This document shows, one piece after another, positions 37,801 through 47,267 of a stretch of DNA of 64,000 nt (positions are counted from its first letter, which is position 1; every line of letters starts with the position of its first letter). The translations under genes and the position numbers were made by a program. The notes below the pieces were generated by a model. It made no database searches. It was not told where the DNA came from and worked only from the letters and a program-made list of their open reading frames with translations. The stretch lies in NCBI GenBank assembly GCA_010909165.1, contig MU008174.1, positions 620,001 through 684,000 of the forward strand. The letters run 5' to 3'. This DNA is from Anthoceros angustus (taxonomy: Eukaryota; Plantae; Anthocerotophyta).

Positions 37801-38793
37801 AACAGCCTGGTGGACATGTATGCAAAATGTGGCAGCTTACAGGATGCTCGTAGAGTGTTCGACAGATTGCCCAAACCAGATGTAGTGACATGGACTGCGC
37901 TTATAACTGGTTATGCCCAACACTGTGGGAGCCACATGGCAATCCAATGTTTCGAAGAGATGGTGCAGCACGGGGTTGAGCCCACTGATGTGACTTTTAC
38001 CTGTCTTCTCGCAGCATGCAGTCATGAGGGCCTAGTGAACCCTGCCCAGCAGTACTTCAAGATGATGGTGGAGGACCATGGCATCAGCCCCAGTGTTCAA
38101 CATTACAGTTGCATGGTCGACATTCTTGGGCGATCAGGCCACCTGGACGAGGCTGAGATGATGCTGACACATCTGCCTGTAAAATATTCTTTGGGGTGGA
38201 GAACTTTGCTAAATGCTTGCAAAATCCATGGTGACATAGAACGAGGACAGCGATGTTTTGACCATCTTGTTGAGCTAGAACCTGAACACTCTGCTGCATA
38301 CACGCTCTTGGCAAGTACGTATGCAACCGCTGGCAGGTGGAGAGATGCAGAGAGGATAGAAGACTTGAGAAAAGCGGCAGGTGCTTCCAAAAAGCCTGCA
38401 AGGGCATGGATTGAGGTGAACAAAAGACTTCAAACATTCATTGTCGGGGAAGAGAGGGATGACATCTCTTCCAAGCTCGAGAGTATGAATCTGCAGTTGG
38501 TGCAACAAGGGGGCCACGTTCCACACACAGGACTGGTACTCAAGCCAGTCTCAGAAACAGAAAAAGAAGACTCCTTGTGTGGTCACGCTGAGAAACTAGC
38601 ACTGGCGTACGGAATGCTTAACACTGCCGATGGCTCCACTCTCCGAGTCACCAAGAATCTTCGAATGTGCAATGACTGCCATAATGGGACCAAGATTCTG
38701 TCCCGGATAGAGAAGAGAGAAATCATTGTCCGCGATGATCATCGTGTTCATCATTTTGTGAATGGCATCTGTTCATGTGGGGATGCACTGTGA
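34837..38793 (+). CDS. PLS-class PPR-DYW:KP protein (candidate U-to-C editing factor), C-terminus DAL
   Basis: About 30 PPR motifs (10 PLS triplets), E1/E2, KKPARAWIE, CGHAEKLALAYG, KNLRMCNDCH, HHFVNGICSCGDAL*. The true start is uncertain; the first ~90 aa may include UTR or intron. Confidence 0.92.
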   Translation: MSTVQELRDLLSSRTRECVWDGAQLSRMDEKAQACQRDGHHSRDSRASGPCKSVVTPFRVWRFDFFVQEVLVIMELRCGQACTLCFDEIDPCRMKEDSGVEVGVGVWSKLSEGGQVSESVQALELLVRKDEYVPDSVFYRVLKGCIARKDLVAGRRLHALALKAGYVSNTFLANNLIRMYASLGRLDEATAVFDALAAPSKKCMWASIILAHAENGEHLQAIKLYEQMRRSNVDPDSHVVVAVLKACVRAADLATGKQVHADWLGSGTQPSLFVGSSLVGMYVKCGSLDDARLVFDSLPERDVVIWTAMIAGYANQGLVQEALTLYVRMQKEGFSVANHFTFVCLLKACASAGALREGKQLHSHIQERGLEAYVFVGSSLVEMYAKCGSLEDARRLFDRLPIKDTSTWNAMIGGYARHGHGQEAISLYASMQQVGLNPADQVTVLCLLKACASIRDLENGKELISQLQVRGLEADMMVGSGLVNMYVKCGSLDDAQRVFDNLPTRDVVTWTAMIAGYVEHGRFEEALSLYNCMEDGACIQPDQVTFVCLLRACAGVRALNQGRLLHLKIRDRQLETDLVVSTSLIDMYAKCGSLEEAYGVFDKVNRKDLGIWNTMITVHMQHGDCQGALALYARMRQEGTTPDPATFVCLLQACASTGALHDGKELHSEIQGQGMDVDMAAGNSLINMYAKCGSLEDARRVFDKLPSKDVITWTTIIAGYAHHGLGEEALCLYEDMLKEGSNLADDVTFACLLKACANVGDIQQGQKLHSEIQKRGLEGDVVVGTSLVEMYLKHRKFEHAQHVFDRLCLKSVAAWNAMITGFLQHGLDEEVLNLYTRMQDEAITAPDHVTYLSILKACSRTGNLRQGQQLHSQLQHKGFEADLAIGSSLVDMYAKCGSVEDARRVFDRLPTKDAVTWSSLIAGYAQQGLGQEALALYKMMQQEDLPPADPVTYVSLLRACASVGALHLGMHLHAEIRERGHEVDAVVGNSLVDMYAKCGSLQDARRVFDRLPKPDVVTWTALITGYAQHCGSHMAIQCFEEMVQHGVEPTDVTFTCLLAACSHEGLVNPAQQYFKMMVEDHGISPSVQHYSCMVDILGRSGHLDEAEMMLTHLPVKYSLGWRTLLNACKIHGDIERGQRCFDHLVELEPEHSAAYTLLASTYATAGRWRDAERIEDLRKAAGASKKPARAWIEVNKRLQTFIVGEERDDISSKLESMNLQLVQQGGHVPHTGLVLKPVSETEKEDSLCGHAEKLALAYGMLNTADGSTLRVTKNLRMCNDCHNGTKILSRIEKREIIVRDDHRVHHFVNGICSCGDAL

Positions 38794-39310
38794 GACGGAT
38801 GCTGGCAATAAAACTGTTCGTCTAGAGATCTCGGACTCTTGCCAGAAAGTCCCCACTGCAGCCGTCGATACCAACAGATGCCGCGTACAAGCTTCCCACA
38901 GTTTCAGGCAGAAGAGCCCAACATCCCCTGATGATTTCGCAAATTACACCTCTTCGTTCTACGAATCCTTATGCTGTGATCTCTCATTTTGGGTTGGGTC
39001 ATTTTGTGAATGGTATCTGGTATGTGGGGATGTACTGTGAGATGGGATGCCTGTAATTTAACTGCTAGGGGACTCTTAGAATTCTTCCACCCAACATGGT
39101 TTTACAATATGTCGAACATAGTAGGAAATGGTTGTCAATAATCTCTGTTGTGTCAGAGCGCTCATTGGCCATTATACATATTCCATTTCTCACGCATCTT
39201 CGCTAATGGGATGCGTTTGCATTTCTCGTCACACTTGTTACAATAGCCTAGGGATGGCTGTCAGTATTGCTTGTGGACCCATTACCAGTACGAGGAGATA
39301 GGTCCCTCAA

Positions 39311-39416
39311 GGCTCGCATCTCGCACAAATTAACCAAGCGAGTGGCTCGCATCTCGCACAAATTAACCAAGCGAGTCACAAATTAACCAAGCGAGTTTGT
39401 GGCAGTCGCTTGGTTA
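39311..39416. repeat. 33-bp tandem repeat (2 copies plus a 20-bp partial) followed by an inverted copy of its core
   Basis: ggctcgcatctcgcacaaattaaccaagcgagt x2; taaccaagcga...tcgcttggtta hairpin. Confidence 0.85.
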
Positions 39417-39830
39417 GATGGACACACATTTATAACACGCCTCGCCCCTATTAAGCATCCTGTTCTTAGGTCGGTACTTAGATAGGGTGTCTAGAGGAAA
39501 TGGATGCCCTTGGTGCAAGTAGCTTAGGCACAACATATGTACTACAAACACAACGTAGTACAAGTTGTTAGGCACAACATGGTGCAAGTCGTTTAAGTAC
39601 CAAGTCTCATGGTACAAGTTATTAGATGCAACATGGTACAAGTTATCAAAGTACCAAAGTCCCATGATTGGAAAAATTCTTTTCTTCCAATCACACACTC
39701 TTGGCCTCATTTGGGACATGGACGGCCTGTCCTGATTTGGGTATATCAGCCCGTTCGGCTTCTTAACCCAGTGCCCACGGACATACCATTTGTGTGCCTT
39801 GTAGCGACCCTTGGGTGGGAAAAAAATTAA
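39417..39830 (+). mobile_element. Solo copy of the TIR-arm repeat family of 21528-22904
   Basis: atggacacacatttataa...aagcatcctg...ggtcggtacttag...ggatgcccttggtgcaagtagcttaggcac...gtcccatga. Shares taacccagtgcccac with the 41.9-42.6 kb copy. Confidence 0.65.
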
Positions 39831-39994
39831 CAATCAACGACAGCAGGAGGGAACAAGCATCCGGAGGGGAGCTTGAACCTCAGACATGTTGCGCATTGCG
39901 CATGTCTGCCGGATCTAGCCAAGTGAGCTACTCCGAGTGGAATGACAGGAGGTACCGTCTAGTAATCTTTTTGGTGTAAGACATACTTCCTCCA

Positions 39995-40500
39995 CGAAGA
40001 AGATATCGTGAAGCTGCAGCACGGGACTGCTGTCTGCTGCTGCATAGACTTCACTCATTCATTTTTCGTCTTCTTCTGCAGCACGGGGAGTACGTGTCGT
40101 TGGGGAAAGTGGAGGCGGCTCTGGTGTTGAGCCCGTTTGTGGACAATTTTACGCTGCACGCAGATCCCTTTTAAAGCGGTGCGGTGGTTTTGGTTGTGGC
40201 GGCTGAGGCGGCTTTGCAGGCTTGGGCTAGGAGGACCGCGGGTGCAGTTTGGGGATTTAGCGGATCTGTGTACAAGTATGGATGCTACGCAGGACGTACC
40301 GGTGCTGCGGTCTTTGGCTCACGCGGGGAAGCGGGCCAAGTTGCAGAGAATCGAGATTCCGACTGGCAAGATTAGGTTGCTGCCTGAGGAATGGACGCCG
40401 GAGATTGGGATTGTGACCGGCCGCCTTGAAGCTGAAGCGGGAGGCTGCGAAGGAGGCATTCGCTAGCATTCTGTATGCGTAGGCTAGAAGAGGAAGGATG
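39995..40500 (+). pseudogene. Inverted, degenerate copy of the LACS 3' end (corresponds to ~47245-47690)
   Basis: (K)DIVKLQHG[insert][18 protein letters not shown]...[20 protein letters not shown]; frameshifts; a 50-bp insert flanked by a 12-bp direct repeat ctgcagcacggg (40014-40025, 40076-40087). Confidence 0.9.
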
Positions 40501-41049
40501 AAGTATTTGGTCATGGACTCTGTTAGATGTTTCAGAGGCGGGATCCGTTTGGAGTGCGCTGCCGAGCTGCCGAGATCGATCCCTTCGGTAAGGATCTTCG
40601 CTCTTGGTCGCTTACTTGACGACCGGGTGTTCTGTCGTGTAATGCTTCGACGCAACTCCCATTTTGTCGTAGCAGGTTTGCTATCCTATGTGGCTGTGAA
40701 CAAGCAGGGATTGAGAACATCTCTATCCTTAATAGCCAAGGCATTGCAAAGCATTACGTAGCATTACCAAGAGTTATCCATGAACGATGTCGTATTGGAA
40801 CTGGCATCTTTCCCATACATTCACGGCTTTATACATTCACAATGATTCTTATTTGAATTGCTATTCACAAGTACACACATGTTGTGAAGTTCTGTATGTA
40901 TCATATTTGAAGTAAAGTAAGCAAAAGAACCAACCTAGCCTGACCTTGACGCCACATGTTAGCAGAGTCGTACTTTATTAGAGCATGGACAACGATATGC
41001 CACATGCTGCTTTCGACCCTCAAAACGTTTCGTTCCTGGGCTGGATCTG

Positions 41050-41240
41050 GAGGACTGCTACCTCACGGATCACTAGCAGTCCTCACGGATCACAGATCGA
41101 TATACCTGAAGGACGGCTACCTCACATATCACAGATCGATATATCTGGAGGACGGCTACCTCACAGATCACAAACCGACTGCTACCTCACAGATCACTAG
41201 CAGTCCTCACGGATCACAAACCGATCGCTACCTCTGGATC
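41050..41240. repeat. Modular minisatellite built on ctcac(g/a)gatcac with embedded hairpins
   Basis: About 7 ctcacNNatcac cores joined by alternating linkers; stems gaggactgcta/tagcagtcctc and gactgcta/tagcagtc. Confidence 0.8.
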
Positions 41241-41854
41241 ATGTAATCACATATCTAGAGAACTGCTACATCATTGATCGACTCGACTCGTCTTGCAGGG
41301 TTCACAGCTCGCTTGGATTGGATTGTTGCACATTCCAAGCATATGGCAGCCCCTTGGCCCGAGGAACCCGGTACGCACAAATGCATTCTTGCCTTCCATG
41401 AGATCATATTTTATTGAGGTGAAAAAAACGATGGGAAGAGCCTATCTAAAAGGGGACAACCTAAGGGGACTCGGAGGTCGAGGTGGAGGAGAGCAACTAA
41501 ACTCCCTACCTAAAGTCACCTACCGCACCCACAATGTTTTATGCAGGAAGAATTAAAAGGCCTGTAAACCACAAAGGTAGAGGAAAATGCGTCACTTACT
41601 ATTGTTGCCTTGTGGAGGATTGCTGTTAAGAGTGCCCGTTGAAGGACAATTCCCGGTCTCGTTCTGTGCCTTCTAAATATGTCATCCAAACATAATCTTG
41701 AAAAAGGGAAAAAAATATTATCAAAATTAACTACATTCACTTTCTTTCCAAATTTTGAAAGAACTGGGGAAGGGCCAACATGGACCTTCCATCTAGCGGG
41801 TAGGAGCCACACGCTCTGACCAACAGAGCTACTCCAGCCGTGCAACCAAGTACC

Positions 41855-42560
41855 TTAGGCCAAATGAAAAGAAATCAATACAAACGGCATAGCATCCATT
41901 GTTACTTGGATTGGGGTGCCTTGAGAGAGTGGATGCCCTTGGTGCTAGTAGCTTAAGTACACCATGGTAAAAATTGTCAAGTACCAAGTCCCATGGCGTT
42001 GGACTTCAATAATATTCTTCTTCCTTTTTCCTCTTCCATAGATCTTTTTTTAATTTTGTTGTTATTAGATGATGAATTAACTCATGGATTATCAATATTA
42101 TATTATCATCTGGCATTAGCACTATGTATGTATGTAGTTGGCATCAAACATACAATGGCACCAAATATGTATGTAGTTGGCATCAAACATTCGATGGCAC
42201 CAAGTATGTATGTAGTTGGCATCAAACATACGATGACACCAAGTATATATGTAGTTGGCATCAAACATTCGATGGCACCAAGTATGTATGTAGTTGGCAT
42301 CAAACATACGATGGCACCATGTATGTATGTAGTTGGCATCAAACACACGGTAACATACTTGAAAACTATCAAATCAAAATCCCAGGGCGAAACTTCAATG
42401 TACACTTTAAAATATCTAATAAGTCTCTGAATTCAATAATAAAGTCTTCAAGCTTCAATATATGCTTTGAAATATCTATAAAGTCTTTGAATTCGTTAAT
42501 CAAGTTTCTGAATTTGACAATCATCAGACCCTTCACCTTAGTAACCCAGTGCCCACCGAC
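41855..42560 (+). mobile_element. Further copy of the TIR-arm family carrying an internal 39-bp minisatellite
   Basis: ttaggccaaatg...gagagagtggatgcccttggtgc...aagtaccaagtcccatgg, then the minisatellite, then taacccagtgcccac. Confidence 0.55.
42127..42350. repeat. 39-bp tandem minisatellite, about 6 units
   Basis: tatgtatgtagttggcatcaaacatacgatggcaccaag at 42127, 42166, 42205, 42244, 42283 and 42322; isolated partial unit near 42733. Confidence 0.95.
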
Positions 42561-42815
42561 ACACCTTCTAGAGTTTTCTCTAACCATTTTTTTCTGGATA
42601 ATTAATTAATTCATTCATTCAAAAGTTAAACATATTATTATTATTATCATCCGCCAGTGGTAATCAATCCGCTCCATGTTCCTCCACATATGGGGGACCA
42701 GGTGGGTAGCATACGTGTTGGCCCCTGCAAGTTTGGCATCAAACACACGATGGCGGAGCTTTGTTGTCTCTTGACGTTAAGAGAAACTGCCTGTGGAAAG
42801 CAAGTTCAAAATCTG

Positions 42816-45653
42816 TCAATTGCGATCCCCACAAGAACAGAATCCATTCACAAAATGGTGAACACGGTGCTCATCTCTAATGATGATCTCTCTCTGTTCT
42901 ATTCTCGACATGATCTTGGTGCCACTGTGGCAGTCATTGCACATACGGAGGTTCTTAGTGACTAGCAAAACTGCCCCATCCGGGGTGTTGAGGAGGCCAT
43001 ATGCCAGTGCCAGTTTCTCCGCATGTCCACACAGGGAATCTTCCTTCTCCCTCTCTGACGATGGCTTCATCACCAGCTCCGTGTGTGGAACATGGCCTCC
43101 CTGTTGCTTCAACTGGAGATTCACGCTGCTCAGTTTGGAATGGATGTCATCTCTTTCGTCCCCCACGACGAAGGAGTGGGTTCTGTTGTTGACTTCGATC
43201 CAGGCTCTTGCCGGCTTCTTGTATGCACCAGCAGATATTCTTAAGCTTTCTATCCGCTCTACGTCCCTCCACATATGGAAGGTAGCATACATGTTTGCCA
43301 ACAGCACATAAGCCCCTGCATTTTGAGGTTCGAGTTTGATGAGACAGTCAAAGCATCGGGTTGCACGTTGGATATCACCGTGTGCTCTGCAGGCGCTCAG
43401 CAGTGACGTCCATCCCACCACATTGCTCTCAAACGGCAAAGTTTCCAGCATGCTTTCTGCCTCGTCGAGGTGGCCTGCCCGACCCAGGACATCAACCATG
43501 GTGTTGCAGTGATGCACACTGGCTGGGATGCCAAAGTCTTGTACCATCGCTCTGAAATACTCCCGAGCCTCATGGACGAGGCCGTTGTGACTGCATGCCA
43601 CAAGGAGACACAGAAAAGTAGCATCGTTGGGCTCGACCCCCTGGTGCTGCATCTCTTGATAACACCGGAATGCCATGGTGCTGTTGCTGTGCTGGCTATA
43701 GCCATTTAGCAGTGCATTCCATGTCACCACGTTCTTTGAGGGTAGTCTGTCAAACACCTTTCGGGCACCGTCTAAGCTTCCACATTTTGCAAACATGTCT
43801 ACAAGGCTGCTGCCGACAGCCACATCTGCTTCCAGCCCCCTTTCCTGTATCTGTAAATGAAGGTGCCTCCCCTGGTTTAAGGCTCCAACACTAGCACATG
43901 CTTTCAGCAGGCAGATAAACGTGACAGTATTGGGTGGTTTTATGGCCTCCTGTTGCATCTGTGCAAATAGAGTAAGGGCCTCCTGGCCAAGCCCATGCTG
44001 CGCATACCCTGCAATCAGAACATTCCATGTGACCACATCTTTCGTTGGCAGTCTATCAAACACTGCACGAGCATCCTCTAAGCTGCCACATCTTGCATAC
44101 ATATCCACCAGGCTGCTGCCAACACCAGCATCAGCTTCCAGTCCTCTTGCTTGAACCTCGCAGTGCAGCTCCTTGCCCTTACTCAACGCTTCAGCGCCGG
44201 AGCATGCATTCAGGAGGCAGACGAATGTAACTGGATCCGCTAAAATCATTCCTTCTCGCTGCATATCTGCATAGAGATCGAAGGCCTCTTGACAAAAGCC
44301 CCATTGAGCATATGCAGTGAGCATAGCATTCCATGTGACAACATTCTTGGTTGACAGGTGGTCAAACACTTTGCGAGCAGCCTCTAGGCTTCCACATTTA
44401 GCATACATAGCCACCAGGCTGCTGCCCAGAGCAACATCAGCTTCGAGTCCCCTTTCCACAATATGGAGATGAAGCTGCTTGCCCTGATGCACAGCTCCAA
44501 TGCTAGCACATGCTTTCAGAAGGGACCCCAATGTCGCAGGATCAGCTGAAACCACACCCTTCTCCAGCATATGTTCGTACAACAAGAGGGCTTCTTGACC
44601 AAGCCCATGCTGCACATATCCCGCAATCATCACATTCCATGTCACGACATCTCTCGTAGGCATCCTATCAAACACCCTGCGAGCTTCCTCTAAGCTGCTG
44701 CACTTAGCATACATATCGACCACGCAGTTGCCAACAGTCACATCAGCTTCAAAGCCTCTTTCCTGAATCTCGAGGTGAAGCTCCCTCCCTTCACACAAGG
44801 CTCCAGCACTGGCACATGCTTTAAAAAGGCAAACAAATGTGACATGATTAGCCGTAGTCTTACTCTCCTGCTGCATATGTCTGTACAACCCAAGGGCCTC
44901 TTTAAAGAGACCATGGTGGGCATATCCCGTGATCATAGAATTCCATGTCACAACATCTCTCGTGCCCAAACTGTCAAATACTCTTCGTGCATCCTCTAAG
45001 CTACCACATTTCGCATACATGTCCACCAGCGAGTTGCCCACGAATACATTAGGCTCAAGCACACTTCTTAGAACATCTGCATGCACCTGCTTGCCAGACG
45101 TTAAATCCACTGCACTCGAACACGCCTTAAGGACTGCTACAAAAATATGGTTGTTGGGCTTCACATTCGACTGCCGCATCTGCTGGTACAGCTGCACAGC
45201 CTGCGCTGGCTGCTCATGTTCAGCATGTGCCAAAATCATGAATGCCCATGAAAAGCTGTCCGGCGCCGTCAAGCTGCTGAACACCAGGGCTGCCTCCTGC
45301 AATTTCCCATGAGCAGCATACATGCGGATGATATGGTTGGCCAAGAATGTGCTCGACAGGTGCCCACTTTTCTTGCTAAGAGCATGCACCCGCCTTCCAA
45401 CCACCAAGCCATTCTTTGCACTGCACGCTTTGAGCACACTGTACAAGAGAAAGTCAGGAACATAAGACTCTTGCCGGACCATCAGGTCCAAAGCTTCCAC
45501 AGCCTCAGTAGTTTGTCCCTCGAGGCATACTTTGCTCCAGCTTCCAAACTCTGATGGCCCATCATCTGGCAGGCACGTCACCTTGTTCCAACTCCTGTCC
45601 CAACAGTTGTCCAGAAAGACGTCACACAAGGCCTCTGGTCGATTTGGTTCCAC
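42816..45653 (-). CDS. PLS-class PPR-DYW:KP protein (candidate U-to-C editing factor), C-terminus DRN
   Basis: Intact intronless 945-aa ORF; 7 PLS triplets, E1/E2, KKPARAWIE, CGHAEKLALAYG, MCNDCH, HHFVNGFCSCGDRN*. Confidence 0.93.
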   Translation of the reverse strand: MEPNRPEALCDVFLDNCWDRSWNKVTCLPDDGPSEFGSWSKVCLEGQTTEAVEALDLMVRQESYVPDFLLYSVLKACSAKNGLVVGRRVHALSKKSGHLSSTFLANHIIRMYAAHGKLQEAALVFSSLTAPDSFSWAFMILAHAEHEQPAQAVQLYQQMRQSNVKPNNHIFVAVLKACSSAVDLTSGKQVHADVLRSVLEPNVFVGNSLVDMYAKCGSLEDARRVFDSLGTRDVVTWNSMITGYAHHGLFKEALGLYRHMQQESKTTANHVTFVCLFKACASAGALCEGRELHLEIQERGFEADVTVGNCVVDMYAKCSSLEEARRVFDRMPTRDVVTWNVMIAGYVQHGLGQEALLLYEHMLEKGVVSADPATLGSLLKACASIGAVHQGKQLHLHIVERGLEADVALGSSLVAMYAKCGSLEAARKVFDHLSTKNVVTWNAMLTAYAQWGFCQEAFDLYADMQREGMILADPVTFVCLLNACSGAEALSKGKELHCEVQARGLEADAGVGSSLVDMYARCGSLEDARAVFDRLPTKDVVTWNVLIAGYAQHGLGQEALTLFAQMQQEAIKPPNTVTFICLLKACASVGALNQGRHLHLQIQERGLEADVAVGSSLVDMFAKCGSLDGARKVFDRLPSKNVVTWNALLNGYSQHSNSTMAFRCYQEMQHQGVEPNDATFLCLLVACSHNGLVHEAREYFRAMVQDFGIPASVHHCNTMVDVLGRAGHLDEAESMLETLPFESNVVGWTSLLSACRAHGDIQRATRCFDCLIKLEPQNAGAYVLLANMYATFHMWRDVERIESLRISAGAYKKPARAWIEVNNRTHSFVVGDERDDIHSKLSSVNLQLKQQGGHVPHTELVMKPSSEREKEDSLCGHAEKLALAYGLLNTPDGAVLLVTKNLRMCNDCHSGTKIMSRIEQREIIIRDEHRVHHFVNGFCSCGDRN

Positions 45654-46034
45654 TGCAAGCCCAGTTCAGCATGAGAATTCCTCCCGCCACCCACAACAGA
45701 ATGTCCCACGCGTAATCGGCACTCACCGGGGCCAGCAACGGAGTCTCGTTGCTCCGCTGCCCCTTGCAGCGATGACAGATGTCTGAACCATTCCTCCATC
45801 TGGCTACAGGATCGTGGTCTGCACTTGAACAGGCTCGACGCAACCGGGACAACTCCGCCCAGACCAACCCTTCTCATTTCACTTGTGCAGCCACTCAGTC
45901 AGCCTCCGCGGACAGAGTTGAGCACAAGGGAGCTCCGATCGTGACCAAGTTCACTTACAACCTTCTCTGATTTTGGACGAACTGGCTGATCTGGCCAACC
46001 TTTCAAGGGCGTTGGTGCTGTGAAGATGTCATTG

Positions 46035-47244
46035 ATGACCCAACCCAACCAAAACGAGCGATCGCATCACAAGGATCCGTAGAACGAAGAGATGTAAGTT
46101 GCGAAGTCATCAGGGGATGTTAGGCCCTTTCGCCTGAAGCTGTGGAAACTTGTTCTTGGACGCGGCATCCGTTGGTATCGAGGGCTGCACTAGGAACTTT
46201 TGGGCAAGAGCTTGAGACTTGACACATTACCAGGAAAAGAGAACAGTTTAATTGCAGGCATCCATCTCACAATGCATCCTCACATGAAGAGATGCCTTTC
46301 ACAAAATGGTGAACACGATGATTATCGCGGACAATGATTTCTCTCCTCTCAATCCGGGACAAAATCTTGGTCCCACTGTGACAAGTCATTGCACATTCTA
46401 AGATTCTCCGTCATTGCACATTCTAAGATTCTTGGTGACGGAGAGTGGAGCCATCGGCAGTGCTTAGCAATCCATACGCCAATGCTAGTTCCTCAGCGTG
46501 ACCACACAAGGCGTTTTCTTTGTTTGTTTCTGAGTCTGGATTGGGTACCAGTCCTGTGTGTGGAACGTGGCCCCCTTGTTGCACCGAACTGCAGATTCTT
46601 ACTCTTGAGCTTGGAGGAAATGTCATCCCTTTCTTTCCCAACACTGAATGTTTGAAGTTTTCTGCCACCTCAATCCATGCCCTTGCAGGCTTCTTGGTCA
46701 CCTGCCGCATTTCTCAGGTCTTCTAGTTGCCAACCACTGCTTCAACTTCGAGTCCTCTTTCCCGAATCTTGGCGTGAAGATGCATTCCTAGATGCAACAC
46801 TGGCACTGGCACACGCTGTTACGAGGGACCCGTATGTAACAGGATCTCCTGCAGGCAGATCCCCCTGTTGCATCATTTTGTGGGCAATCCGTCAGACACC
46901 CTGCGAGCATCCTCTACACTGCCACATTTGGCATACATGTATGTCCACCAGGCTACATTTGGCATATATGTATGTCCACCAGGCTACTGCCTATAGCAAG
47001 ATCAGCTTCTAAACCCTTGTGCTGAAGTTGCGAGTGAAGCTGCTGACCCTGCCGCAGATTTCCAATACTGCAAATCCTTTTAGGATGCTCAGATGTCACA
47101 TGATCGGGTGCGGTGACAGCCTCGTCTAGCATTCTTGTTTAAAGATAAGGGACTTAATCATCGAGCCCGTGCTGAAGAAATCCGGGGCATTCCAAGTAGC
47201 CACGCTCTTCAAGCACACCCTATCAAACACACGTTGAACACGCT
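46035..47244 (-). pseudogene. Inverted, internally deleted copy of the 3' part (37228-39002) of the DAL-type KP gene
   Basis: Colinear match from tgtgtttgatagg.tgtgcttgaagagcgtggct (37240) through the KP-DYW domain and into the 3' flank (gggttgggtcat at 39002), with internal deletions and small duplications. Confidence 0.92.
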
Positions 47245-47267
47245 GCCTCCATCCTCCTTCTGCTTGC

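Noticed and set aside
39881-39910. Hairpin cagacatg...catgtctg
   Set aside because: Short isolated stem with no poly-U tail or miRNA-length arm; compatible with chance.
42127-42350. 39-bp repeats as a CRISPR array, or the 145-aa MYVVGIKHTMAPS-repeat ORF as a gene
   Set aside because: Units are head-to-tail with no unique spacers, there are no cas genes, and the context is eukaryotic. ORFs open in several frames only because the period is a multiple of 3.
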